DNA of 64,000 nt from Sphingopyxis sp. (GTDB taxonomy: Bacteria > Pseudomonadota > Alphaproteobacteria > Sphingomonadales > Sphingomonadaceae), in NCBI GenBank assembly GCA_017745175.1, contig JAGHZY010000016.1:17105-81104 (forward strand), given 5' to 3'. A program made the position numbers and the translations under genes. The notes beneath the pieces are model-generated. The model was given only the letters and a program-made list of their open reading frames with translations. It made no database searches and was not told the origin of the DNA. Positions 37,146-45,961 of the stretch are shown here, in pieces (within the stretch, counting starts at the first letter, position 1; each line of letters starts with the position of its first letter).

Positions 37146-37559
37146 CTAGCTCATCTTCGTCCACGTCACCGTGCGGCAGAACAGGCTGACGCAGCCCTTC
37201 ATCGTCATCTTTCCGCCGCTGGCGCGCAGATGCGCCTTGTAATAACGGCCATCCTCGGGGCTGTAGCCTTCGCCCTTCCAGCCGTCGCCGTGGGGGACGA
37301 GGTCCCAGTAGATCTGAAGCCCGGTCACCTTGCGGCCGCGCTTCGCCTTGTCGGGGTTGCGCTCGTCGAGCTGGCCGCCGGGGGGCTGCTTGATCAGCAG
37401 GCGTTCGACGCGCCCGCACATCCTGTTGCCGCACGCGGCCATCACGACGATGCCCTTGCCATCGTCGGTTTTCCATCGTCCCGCGATCGATGCGGGCGCC
37501 GCGGCCATCGATGGCACGGCTATCAAGGCGACAAGCGCCAAACCTGATCTGTGAATCAA
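37146..37559 (-). CDS. DUF2147 domain-containing periplasmic protein
   Basis: In-frame TTG at 37559, preceded by GGAGAGG. Signal-like LIHRSGLALVALIAVPSMA. IAGRWKTDDGKGIV ... CGRVE ... GLQIYWDL ... YKAHL fits DUF2147. Confidence 0.65.
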   Translation of the reverse strand: MIHRSGLALVALIAVPSMAAAPASIAGRWKTDDGKGIVVMAACGNRMCGRVERLLIKQPPGGQLDERNPDKAKRGRKVTGLQIYWDLVPHGDGWKGEGYSPEDGRYYKAHLRASGGKMTMKGCVSLFCRTVTWTKMS

Positions 37560-37656
37560 AGCGACCTCTCCCCGGTTAGCTACATATATGTCAGCAACAT
37601 CGCTTGGCATGCGTCAAGTCTTGTACCATGCTCCCCGAAAATCAGGGGAGAGACAT

Positions 37657-38874
37657 ATGCGATTCCATGGCCTGCGCTGCCACGCGGCGACGCTTTGCAT
37701 CGTGGCGGCCCTTGCCGCTCATCCGGCGGCGGCGAAAGTGATCAGCGTCAGTGCGGCAACGCCTGACGCCAATGAAAAGCTGCAGGAAGCGCTGATCCTC
37801 GCCGAGCCCGGCGACACGGTGCAGCTCGGCGCGGGCGTGTGGAAGCTGACCGACGGGCTGTCGCTCGACGTGGCCAATGTGACGGTGCGCGGTGCGGGCG
37901 CCGGCGAAGGCGGGTCGATCCTTGATTTTACGGGGCAGCAGGGCGCGGGCGAAGGGCTGCTCGTCACCTCGGACGACGTGTTCCTCACCGGCTTCGCGGT
38001 GCTCAACACCAGGGGCGACGGGATCAAGTCGAAGGGTGCCGACCGCATCGTCTATCACAAGCTGCGCGTCGAATGGACCGCGGGGCCCAGGGAAACCAAC
38101 GGCGCCTATGGCATCTATCCGGTCGAAAGCAGCGACGTGCTGATCGACAGCGTGTTTGTACGCGGCGCGTCGGACGCGGGCATCTATGTCGGCCAGTCGA
38201 AGAATATCGTCGTCCGCGATTCGATCGCGACCGAAAATGTCGCGGGGATCGAGATCGAGAACAGCCATGACGCCGATGTTCACGACAATATCGCGACGAA
38301 GAATACCGGCGGTATCCTCGTGTTCGACCTGCCGAGCCTGCCGATGCAGGGCGGGCATAATGTCCGCGTCTTCGAGAATATCGTCAACGACAACAGCACG
38401 CCGAACTTTGCGCCCAAGGGCAATATCGTCGCGAGCGTGCCGACGGGCACCGGCGTACTGATCATGGCGAACCGCAATGTCGAGGTTTTCGGCAATGTGT
38501 TCGACAACAACGGCACCGCCAATGTGATGATCGTCGGCTATCGTTACGAGCATAAGGACCCGAAATACCAGCCGCTGCCGAAGCAGATCGTCGTGCGCGG
38601 CAACCAGCATGGCAAGGCGGGTTATGCGCCGAAGTTTGCGGGCGGCGACATGATCGCGGCGGCAATGGGCGGCGCGATCCCGCCGGTGCTGTGGGACGGC
38701 GCGGGCGATGCGGTGGTGCTCGACAAGGTCGGCGTGCTGTCGTTGAACCTGCCCGACGTGAAGACGCCGCAGAGCGAGGCGAAGCCCGCCCCCGCCGACC
38801 TGTCGAAGGGCACGCCGCCCGCGGCGCTGCCGGCGATCAGGCTGCCCGATGCGATGGAGGCGAAGGTCAGGTGA
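37657..38874 (+). CDS. secreted right-handed parallel beta-helix repeat protein (NosD-like; TIGR03805-like)
   Basis: ATG at 37657 after aggggagag. Signal peptide ending AAA|KV. Repeated NxxGIxIxxS/N turns (NVAGIEIENSHDADVHDNIATKNTGGILVF, NVRVFENIVNDNS, NVEVFGNVFDNNG). Confidence 0.7.
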   Translation: MRFHGLRCHAATLCIVAALAAHPAAAKVISVSAATPDANEKLQEALILAEPGDTVQLGAGVWKLTDGLSLDVANVTVRGAGAGEGGSILDFTGQQGAGEGLLVTSDDVFLTGFAVLNTRGDGIKSKGADRIVYHKLRVEWTAGPRETNGAYGIYPVESSDVLIDSVFVRGASDAGIYVGQSKNIVVRDSIATENVAGIEIENSHDADVHDNIATKNTGGILVFDLPSLPMQGGHNVRVFENIVNDNSTPNFAPKGNIVASVPTGTGVLIMANRNVEVFGNVFDNNGTANVMIVGYRYEHKDPKYQPLPKQIVVRGNQHGKAGYAPKFAGGDMIAAAMGGAIPPVLWDGAGDAVVLDKVGVLSLNLPDVKTPQSEAKPAPADLSKGTPPAALPAIRLPDAMEAKVR

Positions 38875-39899
38875 AGCGTATTTTCGCGGCGTTGGCCGCG
38901 GCCCTATTATGTACGAGCGGCGGGGCGGCCCTTGCGCCGCCCGGCGTCGATCAGGCGCTGGTCGAGAGCGATGCGATGCCGCCGAAACTGTCGGCATTCG
39001 GGCTGTTTCGCGGCAATGACCCCGGGCAACCTGCAACCGGCATCGGCTATACGCTGCGCGCGCCGCTGTTCAGCGACTACACCGACAAGCATCGCTTCAT
39101 TTCGATCCCTGCGGGAAAGAGGGCGAAGATCGCGGCCGACGGCGCCATCGACTTTCCGGTCGGGACCGTGCTCGTCAAAAGCTTCGGCTGGAGCGATGTC
39201 AACGACGGGCGCCCGGTCGAGACGCGGCTGCTGATCCGCCGCGCGTCGGGTTGGGTCGCCTTGCCCTATATCTGGGATGCCGACGGCAAGGATGCGACGC
39301 TGACGCTCGGCGGACGCCGCGTTCCGGTGACCTTCAGGAGCCCCGACGGCGCGACGCACAGCATCCGCTATGCGGTCCCCAACAAGAACCAGTGCAAGGA
39401 ATGCCACAGCCTGAACGGCGGGATCGTGCCGATCGGGCCCAAGATGCGCAATTTCATTCCCGACCCGGCCGCGTCCGAAAAGCTGCGCAGCCTCTATTTC
39501 GAGAATCCGGCAGCGCTGAAACCGACAATGCCGCAATGGGACGATCCCGAATCGGGCAGTGTCGCCGACCGCGCCCGCGCCTATCTCGACGTCAATTGCG
39601 CGCATTGCCACAATCCCGCGGGCAGCGCGTCGAACAGCGGACTGTTTCTGCGCTGGACCGACGATCCGGCGGGTGTGAACTATGGCATCGGCAAGCGGCC
39701 GACTGCGGCGGGGCGCGGCAGCGGCGGCATGGATTTCGCGATCGCGCCGGGCGATCCCGACCACAGCTATATGATCTACCGCCTCGAAAGTACCGATCCC
39801 GGCATCGCGATGCCCGAGGTCGGGCGCTCGACGGTGCACCGGGAAGGCGCGGCGCTGCTGCGGCAATGGATTGCGGAGATGCCGAAAGCGTCGCATTAG
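38871..39899 (+). CDS. diheme c-type cytochrome (SO_2930/HNE_0200-family-like)
   Basis: GTG at 38871 overlaps the upstream stop (GTGA). Signal peptide present. Two CxxCH motifs: NQCKECHS and VNCAHCHN. Confidence 0.7.
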   Translation: MKRIFAALAAALLCTSGGAALAPPGVDQALVESDAMPPKLSAFGLFRGNDPGQPATGIGYTLRAPLFSDYTDKHRFISIPAGKRAKIAADGAIDFPVGTVLVKSFGWSDVNDGRPVETRLLIRRASGWVALPYIWDADGKDATLTLGGRRVPVTFRSPDGATHSIRYAVPNKNQCKECHSLNGGIVPIGPKMRNFIPDPAASEKLRSLYFENPAALKPTMPQWDDPESGSVADRARAYLDVNCAHCHNPAGSASNSGLFLRWTDDPAGVNYGIGKRPTAAGRGSGGMDFAIAPGDPDHSYMIYRLESTDPGIAMPEVGRSTVHREGAALLRQWIAEMPKASH

Positions 39900-39906
39900 G
39901 CTTCGC

Positions 39907-40539
39907 ATGACCCAGCTCGTCCTCCACGATTATTTCCGTTCCTCGGCCAGCTTTCGCGTTCGCATCGCGCTGAACCTCAAAGGCCTCGATTACGAACGCG
40001 TCGAGGTCAGCCTGATCGCGGGCGAGCAGCGCAGCGACGCCTATCTCGAGCAGAATGCGCAGGGCTTTGTCCCGATGCTCGTCGTCGACGGTGAACCGAT
40101 CATCCAGAGCATGGCGATCATCGACTGGGTAGACCGCGCCTATCCCGAACCGCGGCTGATCCCCGAGGAGGCGATGCCGCGCGCGGTCGCGCTGGCGCGC
40201 GCGCAAGTGATCGCGAGCGACATCCACCCGCTCAACAATCTGCGCGTGCTCAAATATCTGAAACGCGATCTCGGGCTGAACGAACAGACCAAGGATCGCT
40301 GGATCGCGACGTGGATCACGCAGGGGTTCGACGCATTGGAGGCGATGGCGGGCGACGGCAAATATCTCGGCGGCGACACGCCGGGGATCGCCGACTGCTG
40401 TCTTGTCCCGCAAATGTACAATGCGCGGCGCTTCGAGGTGCCGCTTGACGCCTTCCCGCGGCTGATCGCGATCGATGCCGCGTGCATGGAGCTTGACGCG
40501 TTTCAGAGGGCGCATCCCGACGCGGTCAAGCCGGCGTGA
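39907..40539 (+). CDS. maiA: maleylacetoacetate isomerase (zeta-class GST)
   Basis: ATG at 39907. LHDYFRSSASFRVRIALNLKG, HPLNNLRVLKYL. 210 aa. Confidence 0.85.
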   Translation: MTQLVLHDYFRSSASFRVRIALNLKGLDYERVEVSLIAGEQRSDAYLEQNAQGFVPMLVVDGEPIIQSMAIIDWVDRAYPEPRLIPEEAMPRAVALARAQVIASDIHPLNNLRVLKYLKRDLGLNEQTKDRWIATWITQGFDALEAMAGDGKYLGGDTPGIADCCLVPQMYNARRFEVPLDAFPRLIAIDAACMELDAFQRAHPDAVKPA

Positions 40540-42569
40540 TCCGCCTGCTGACGGGGACCGCGCTGCTGGCGATGCCGGCGGCGGCGGCGGCGCAGGACGA
40601 GTTGGTCAGGGTCGAGGTCTGTTGTTCGCGTGATCCGGCGGAAATCATCGTGACCGGATCGGGAGCGCTCACGCCGCCGGCGGGTGACGCGATCGGGCAG
40701 CGTGTCCTGATCGGCGACCTCGAACCCGGCCTCGGCGCACGCATCGAAAACCGGCTGCGCGACGAAGCGGGAATCGTCCAGTTCCGTCGTTCGGACGGCC
40801 GTTCGGCGCATCCTACCAGCCAGGGCGTCACGCTGCGCGGGCTCGGCGGCAATGCTTCTGCGCGAGCGCTCGTGACGCTCGACGGGGTGCCGCAGGCCGA
40901 CCCGTTCGGCGGCTGGGTCGCGTGGAGCGCCTATGATGCGATCCGCCTCGGCGGTATCGCGGTCGCACGCGGTGGCGGCAGCGGTGCCGACGGCCCGGGG
41001 GCGCTTGCCGGAACGATCGGCCTTTATTCGGAGATGACCGATGGCGCCGAAGCGAGCCTGGCCTACGGCAGCCGCGACAGTCGGGATGCCTCGGCATCGG
41101 TTGGCGGGCGGATCGGAAAGGGCGAGGTCGCGCTCGATGGACGCTACAGCCGCGGCGACGGTTTCATGCCCGTGGCTAGCGGGCAGCGTGGGTCGGTCGA
41201 TCGCGCTGCGGCCTATGAACAGGGCGGGCTCGGCCTTCGCCTGCGCTTCGACGTGGGCGATGCCAGTCGTATCGAGGCGAGCCTGCGTGGCTTCTCCGAT
41301 CATCGCGACCGCGGGACCGATTTCACGCAGAGCAAGTTCGACGGGATCGATGCGAGCCTGCGATTCGTGCATGATCTGCGCTATGGGACGCAATGGCTCG
41401 CGCTGGCCTATGTCCAGCTTCGCGATTTCGAAAGCGGCTTTGCCAGCGTCGCAGCGGGGCGGAACAGCGTCGCGCCGGCGCTGTTCCAGCGCGTGCCCGC
41501 GACGGGACTTGGCGCGCGGTTCGAACTGCGCCCGGCCATCGACGGCGCCAATCCCTTGCGCGTTGGCGCCGACTGGCGCCGCACCACCGGCCGCACCGAG
41601 GAGGATTTCTTCTTTTCGGGCACCATTCCGGGACGGCACCGTATTGCAGGCGGCAGCAGCGATACGGTCGGTGCCTTTGCCGAGTGGACCTCGGGTGACG
41701 ACGATGATGGCTTCCTCTGGACGCTAAGCGGTCGCCTCGATCGTTGGTCGCTCGGCGAAGGTTACCGGCTCGAACGCAATATCGGCGGGCCGGTCATCAC
41801 CAATCTGCGCTTCGCATCCCGGCAGGGTTGGGAGGGCAGTGGGCGTGCCGGGGTGCGCTGGAGTTCGGGCGATTTTGCATTGCGGGCCGCCGGCTATCGG
41901 GGCTGGCGTCTGCCGACGCTCAACGAACTCTATCGCCCGTTCCGCGTCGGGGCCGAGGTGACGACCGCGAACGAGGCGCTGAAACCCGAACGTCTGTGGG
42001 GCGGCGAGGCCGGCGCCGACTGGAACAGTGGCGGTACGAAGCTGTCGGCGACGATCTTCGCAAATCACCTGACCAACGCGATCGCCAATGTCACGCTCGC
42101 GCCGAACCTCAACCAGCGGCAGAATCTCGATGCGATCGACAGCAAGGGCGTCGAGGTCAGCGCCGAGCAGCGGATCGGCGTGGCGACGCTCCGCGCGACC
42201 TGGGCCTATACCGATGCCAGGGTCGATGCCGCGGGCCGCGCGGCTGCCCTCGACGGTCGCCGTCCGGCGCAGATCGCCAAACATGGCGGCAGCATCTCGC
42301 TGCGCAGCAATGCGAACGGACCGTTCGGCGGCTTTGCGACGCTGCGCTATGTCGGCAAGCAGAACGAGGATGATCTCGGGTTGCTCCGGCTCGACGACGC
42401 CCTGACGCTCGACGCGGGGCTGTCGTGGCGTTTTTCGGATGCGATCAGCATCGAGGCGCGCGGCGAAAACCTGTTCGACGAACTCGTCCCCGCCGCGATC
42501 TCCTCCTCGGGGATCGTCGAGCGCGCGACGCCGCGAACTTTGTGGGTCGGCGCGCGCCTTTCTTTCTGA
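40536..42569 (+). CDS. TonB-dependent receptor
   Basis: GTG overlaps the maiA stop. Signal peptide ending AAAAQ. Plug-like region (VTLRGLGGNASARALVTLDGVPQADPFGG). Beta-barrel ends in the terminal ...WVGARLSF. Confidence 0.8.
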   Translation: MIRLLTGTALLAMPAAAAAQDELVRVEVCCSRDPAEIIVTGSGALTPPAGDAIGQRVLIGDLEPGLGARIENRLRDEAGIVQFRRSDGRSAHPTSQGVTLRGLGGNASARALVTLDGVPQADPFGGWVAWSAYDAIRLGGIAVARGGGSGADGPGALAGTIGLYSEMTDGAEASLAYGSRDSRDASASVGGRIGKGEVALDGRYSRGDGFMPVASGQRGSVDRAAAYEQGGLGLRLRFDVGDASRIEASLRGFSDHRDRGTDFTQSKFDGIDASLRFVHDLRYGTQWLALAYVQLRDFESGFASVAAGRNSVAPALFQRVPATGLGARFELRPAIDGANPLRVGADWRRTTGRTEEDFFFSGTIPGRHRIAGGSSDTVGAFAEWTSGDDDDGFLWTLSGRLDRWSLGEGYRLERNIGGPVITNLRFASRQGWEGSGRAGVRWSSGDFALRAAGYRGWRLPTLNELYRPFRVGAEVTTANEALKPERLWGGEAGADWNSGGTKLSATIFANHLTNAIANVTLAPNLNQRQNLDAIDSKGVEVSAEQRIGVATLRATWAYTDARVDAAGRAAALDGRRPAQIAKHGGSISLRSNANGPFGGFATLRYVGKQNEDDLGLLRLDDALTLDAGLSWRFSDAISIEARGENLFDELVPAAISSSGIVERATPRTLWVGARLSF

Positions 42570-42613
42570 TTTTCGCGCGGTCCGCCCTTCACAGGCCCGA
42601 AACAGGCGATAGG

Positions 42614-43096
42614 ATGTCCCGCCGGGACAAAGATGTGGGGTTTTCAGGCATGGCCGCGAAGAAGCTGAATCTCGATAATTTTCTGCCCTATCGCCTGTCC
42701 ATCGCGTCCAACGCCCTGTCGAGCCGGATCGCCGCCGAATATGAGAATCGTTTCGGGCTGAAGATTCCCGAATGGCGGCTGATGGCGATCCTCGGCGAGG
42801 GGCAGCCGAAGACGCAGCGCGAACTCGTCGCGGCGACGCGGATGGACAAGGTGACGGTCAACCGCGCGGCCAAAGCGCTGGCGGACCGCCAGCTGATCGC
42901 GCGTCAGGCGCATGAAGCCGACGGGCGCTCTCACCATCTCGAACTCACCGAAACGGGGCGCTCGCTCTACGACGCGATCGTCCCCGCGGCGCTCGCGAGC
43001 GAGGCGCGGCTCGAATCGAACATCAGCGCGGGCGAGCGCGCGACGCTGATGGCCATCCTCGCGAAGCTGACCGCCGCCGCCGAAGTGTATGACTGA
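42614..43096 (+). CDS. MarR family transcriptional regulator
   Basis: ATG at 42614; 42650 is an alternative. LPYRLSIASNALSSRIAAEYENRFGLKIPEWRLMAILGEG ... RELVAATRMDKVTVNRAAKALADRQLI. Confidence 0.8.
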   Translation: MSRRDKDVGFSGMAAKKLNLDNFLPYRLSIASNALSSRIAAEYENRFGLKIPEWRLMAILGEGQPKTQRELVAATRMDKVTVNRAAKALADRQLIARQAHEADGRSHHLELTETGRSLYDAIVPAALASEARLESNISAGERATLMAILAKLTAAAEVYD

Positions 43097-43370
43097 TCGC
43101 GCCTATCGCGCGGCGCCCGCGGGCGCGCTGCGCGTCGAGCCGCTCGGCGCGCTGACCGCGATTTTCGACCGCCGGTCGATGCAGACGCATCTCGTCGTAT
43201 CGCCAATGCCCGAAATACTGGAGGCGATGGGCGAGGACGCGTGCAATGTCGCCGCGCTCGCCGCGCGCCTTGCCGCATCCTTCGATCTCGACAGCGAAGG
43301 CGACGTCCGGCCAATCCTCGCCGAACGGCTCGCCGAGCTGACGGCGATGGGGCTGGTGGAGCGGGCGTGA
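43089..43370 (+). CDS. PqqD-family (RiPP-recognition-element-like) small protein, 'HPr-rel-A system' type
   Basis: 93 aa. The ATG overlaps the MarR 3' end by 8 nt. The size and pattern (LTAIFDRRSMQTHLVVSPMPEILEAM ... LAERLAELTAMGLVE) fit PqqD-like peptide chaperones. Confidence 0.6.
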   Translation: MTDRAYRAAPAGALRVEPLGALTAIFDRRSMQTHLVVSPMPEILEAMGEDACNVAALAARLAASFDLDSEGDVRPILAERLAELTAMGLVERA

Positions 43371-44245
43371 GGCACCGCACGCGCATTGCCGTCGGTCCGG
43401 TGCAATTCCGTATCGGCAGCGACTGGGCCGAACCGGTCGCGGCGCTTGAAAGCCTCTATGCCGGCTATCCGCGCGACGAGATGCGCCCCGCCGACGCGAC
43501 GGTGCGGCTGTTTGCGGCGCGGCCGTGGCGGCGCTGGCTGCGGCCGTCGGTGCATATCGGCGGCGATTTCGTGGTTCCGGACGCGCTGCCGCTGCCGCTG
43601 TCGATGGGGCTGCTCGCCGCCGAGATGGGGATGAATTTGCAGGTCGCGCTCGGCTGGCGGCGGCACATGCTGCTGCACGCGAGCGCGGTGGCGAAGGACG
43701 GGCGGGCGCTGATCATGTCGGGTGAGTCGGGGTCGGGCAAATCGACGCTCGCGGCGCTGCTCGGCGAGAAGGAGGGCGGGGGCGACTGGCGGCTGATGGG
43801 CGACGAGTTCACGCTGATCGACCCGGCGGGCGGCGATGCCTTCGCCTTTCCGCGCGCGGTGAGCCTGAAGAACGAGGCGATCGCCGAAGTCGCGGCGCGC
43901 GTCGATGCGGCGCGGCTGGGGCCGCTCCTCGCGGGCACGCCCAAGGGCGATATCCGCCACCTGATTCCGCGTCCCGAAGCGATCGCCGCGATGCACGAAC
44001 CCGCACGCCCGGCGCTGCTGCTCTTCCCGCGTTTCGGGGGCGAGGCGGGCATCGAGCCGATGGGCGAGGGCGAAGCCTTCGTCCGGCTGACCGAGGCGTC
44101 CACCAACTATGTCGCGCTCGGCGAGGCGGGCTTCGCCGCGATGACGCGGCTGGTGCGCGAGACGCCCGCTTTCGGCATCACCTATCCCGACAGCGCCGCG
44201 GGCGTCGCGCTGGTCGAACGGCTCTGGGCGGAGGCGGCGCGGTGA
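43367..44245 (+). CDS. HPr-kinase-related P-loop kinase ('HprK-related kinase A'-like)
   Basis: GTG at 43367 overlaps the PqqD stop (GTGA). LLHASAVAKDGRALIMSGESGSGKSTLAALL matches the HprK-type P-loop context. 292 aa. Confidence 0.6.
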   Translation: MRHRTRIAVGPVQFRIGSDWAEPVAALESLYAGYPRDEMRPADATVRLFAARPWRRWLRPSVHIGGDFVVPDALPLPLSMGLLAAEMGMNLQVALGWRRHMLLHASAVAKDGRALIMSGESGSGKSTLAALLGEKEGGGDWRLMGDEFTLIDPAGGDAFAFPRAVSLKNEAIAEVAARVDAARLGPLLAGTPKGDIRHLIPRPEAIAAMHEPARPALLLFPRFGGEAGIEPMGEGEAFVRLTEASTNYVALGEAGFAAMTRLVRETPAFGITYPDSAAGVALVERLWAEAAR

Positions 44246-45255
44246 GCGCGGTGCGGACCTTTGTCGACCTGCTCGCCGGACGCGGCGATCCGGCTGTACT
44301 GGCGCCGCCCGACTGGGACGGCGTGATCGGCGTCGCGCGCAGCGAGGCGATGCTCGCGACGCTGGCGCACCGGCTGGCGGATGCCGGCCTTCCGCCCACC
44401 GTCGCCGCGCTGTTCGCCGACCAGCGCGCGGCCGCGGCGGTCGCGCAGCGCCAGGCACTGTGGGAGGCCGAGATGGCGCGGCGCGCGCTCGCGCCCGCGG
44501 GGATCGAGTTCGTGCTGCTGAAAGGCGCCGCCTATGCTGCCGCGGGCATGGCGTGCGCGGCGGGGCGGCAGATCGGCGACCTCGATATCCTCGTCCTCGC
44601 GTCCGACATCCGCCGCGCCGAGAACGCGCTGCTCAAGGCGGGCTGGGAGTGGGTCAAATCCGATCCCTATGACGATCATTATTACCGCGCGCACATGCAC
44701 GAGCTGCCGCCGCTCATTCACAAGGTGCGCGACCGGATGATCGACGTGCATCACACGATCCTGCCGCGCACGCACCGGATCACGCCCGATGCGCTCGCGC
44801 TGGTCAGCGATGCGGTGACGAGCGCCGATGGCCATGCCGTGCTGTGCGCTCCCGACATGGCGGTCCATTGCGCCGCGCATATGCTCGCCGACGGCGACCT
44901 GCAGGGCGGGCTGCGCAATCTCTGGGATTTCCACACGATGACGCGCGACTTTGCCGCCGCCGACCCGGGTTTCTGGGGGAAGCTCGACGGGCGCGCCGAG
45001 ATGCACGGCTTGCAGGCGGCGGTGCATCGCGCCGCGCGGCTGTCGCGCGACCTTTATGGCGCGGCGCTGCCGGGCGGGTGGGACCGGCAGGATCCGGCCG
45101 ACGTCTGGTTCCGCCGCCGTCTGTTCGCGCGCGACGATTGGGGACGGGTGACGCAGCCGTCGCTCGAACAGGCCTTCTACATCCGTTCGCACTGGCTGCG
45201 CATGCCGCCCGCGATGCTGGCGCGGCACCTCTGGACGAAGTGGCGCAAGCGCTAG
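44242..45255 (+). CDS. nucleotidyltransferase family protein (PF14907/NTP_transf_5-like)
   Basis: GTG overlaps the kinase stop (GTGA). FVLLKGAAYA ... RQIGDLDILV ... HHTILPR pattern. 337 aa. Confidence 0.6.
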   Translation: MSAVRTFVDLLAGRGDPAVLAPPDWDGVIGVARSEAMLATLAHRLADAGLPPTVAALFADQRAAAAVAQRQALWEAEMARRALAPAGIEFVLLKGAAYAAAGMACAAGRQIGDLDILVLASDIRRAENALLKAGWEWVKSDPYDDHYYRAHMHELPPLIHKVRDRMIDVHHTILPRTHRITPDALALVSDAVTSADGHAVLCAPDMAVHCAAHMLADGDLQGGLRNLWDFHTMTRDFAAADPGFWGKLDGRAEMHGLQAAVHRAARLSRDLYGAALPGGWDRQDPADVWFRRRLFARDDWGRVTQPSLEQAFYIRSHWLRMPPAMLARHLWTKWRKR

Positions 45256-45914
45256 AGCATTGCGAGAAGCGGGACCAGCTCGTCGAAATGATCGATCACA
45301 TGGTCGGCGCCAAGCTCCGGCGCGGGCCGGTCGAGAAAACCGAAGCTGACCGCGACGCTCGGCACGCCCGCATTCTTCGCCGCCATTACGTCATAGATGC
45401 TGTCGCCGACGAACGCTGCACGCCCGCCGCCGCATCGCTCGATCATCGCATGGATCGGCTCGGGTGAGGGCTTGCGAACCCCCAGCGTGTCGCCGCCGAT
45501 GATCGTCGCCATGCGATCGGCTAGATCGAATTCGGCAAGCAGCAGGCGCGCGAGATGCTCGGCCTTGTTGGTGACCACCGCGGTGCGTACGCCCAGCGCG
45601 TCGAGCCGGTCGAGCGCAGCGATGACGCCGGGAAAGAGCCGGCTTTTGCCCGAGATATCGGCTTCGTAAAAGCGCAGCAGTTCGGGATAGAGCCGCTCGA
45701 CCGCGCCGTCGGGGGCGCCGCCGGACGCACGCAGCCCTTCTTCGAGCATATGCTTCGCGCCGCGCCCGATCATCGGCCGTACCGCATCTTCGTTCAGCGG
45801 CGCGCGGTCCATCAGCGCCAGCGTGCGATTGACCGCAGCGGCAAGGTCGCCAAGCGTATCGAGGAGCGTGCCGTCGAGGTCGAAGCCGACGGTCGCAAAA
45901 GGAAATCCGTTCAT
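45252..45914 (-). CDS. HAD-superfamily phosphoglycolate phosphatase-like hydrolase
   Basis: ATG at 45914 (MNGFPFATVGFDLDGTLLDT), VVTNK, GDSIYDVMAAKNAG. 220 aa. The longer track ORF adds an Arg/Pro-rich, non-protein-like N-terminus. Confidence 0.8.
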   Translation of the reverse strand: MNGFPFATVGFDLDGTLLDTLGDLAAAVNRTLALMDRAPLNEDAVRPMIGRGAKHMLEEGLRASGGAPDGAVERLYPELLRFYEADISGKSRLFPGVIAALDRLDALGVRTAVVTNKAEHLARLLLAEFDLADRMATIIGGDTLGVRKPSPEPIHAMIERCGGGRAAFVGDSIYDVMAAKNAGVPSVAVSFGFLDRPAPELGADHVIDHFDELVPLLAML

Positions 45915-45961
45915 CGGCCCCGCATGGCGCGATGCTCTGGAAACCGCAATGATTTGCTGGC

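Noticed and set aside
37512-37517. TGGCAC hexamer, checked as a possible sigma-54 (-24) element for PrsR or the degenerate bEBP
   Set aside because: No TTGC sits at the correct -12 spacing, and the hexamer lies inside the DUF2147 coding region. Other TGGCAC occurrences I noticed (for example 28411 and 31361) are also intragenic or lack the -12 element. I found no convincing sigma-54 promoter by eye.
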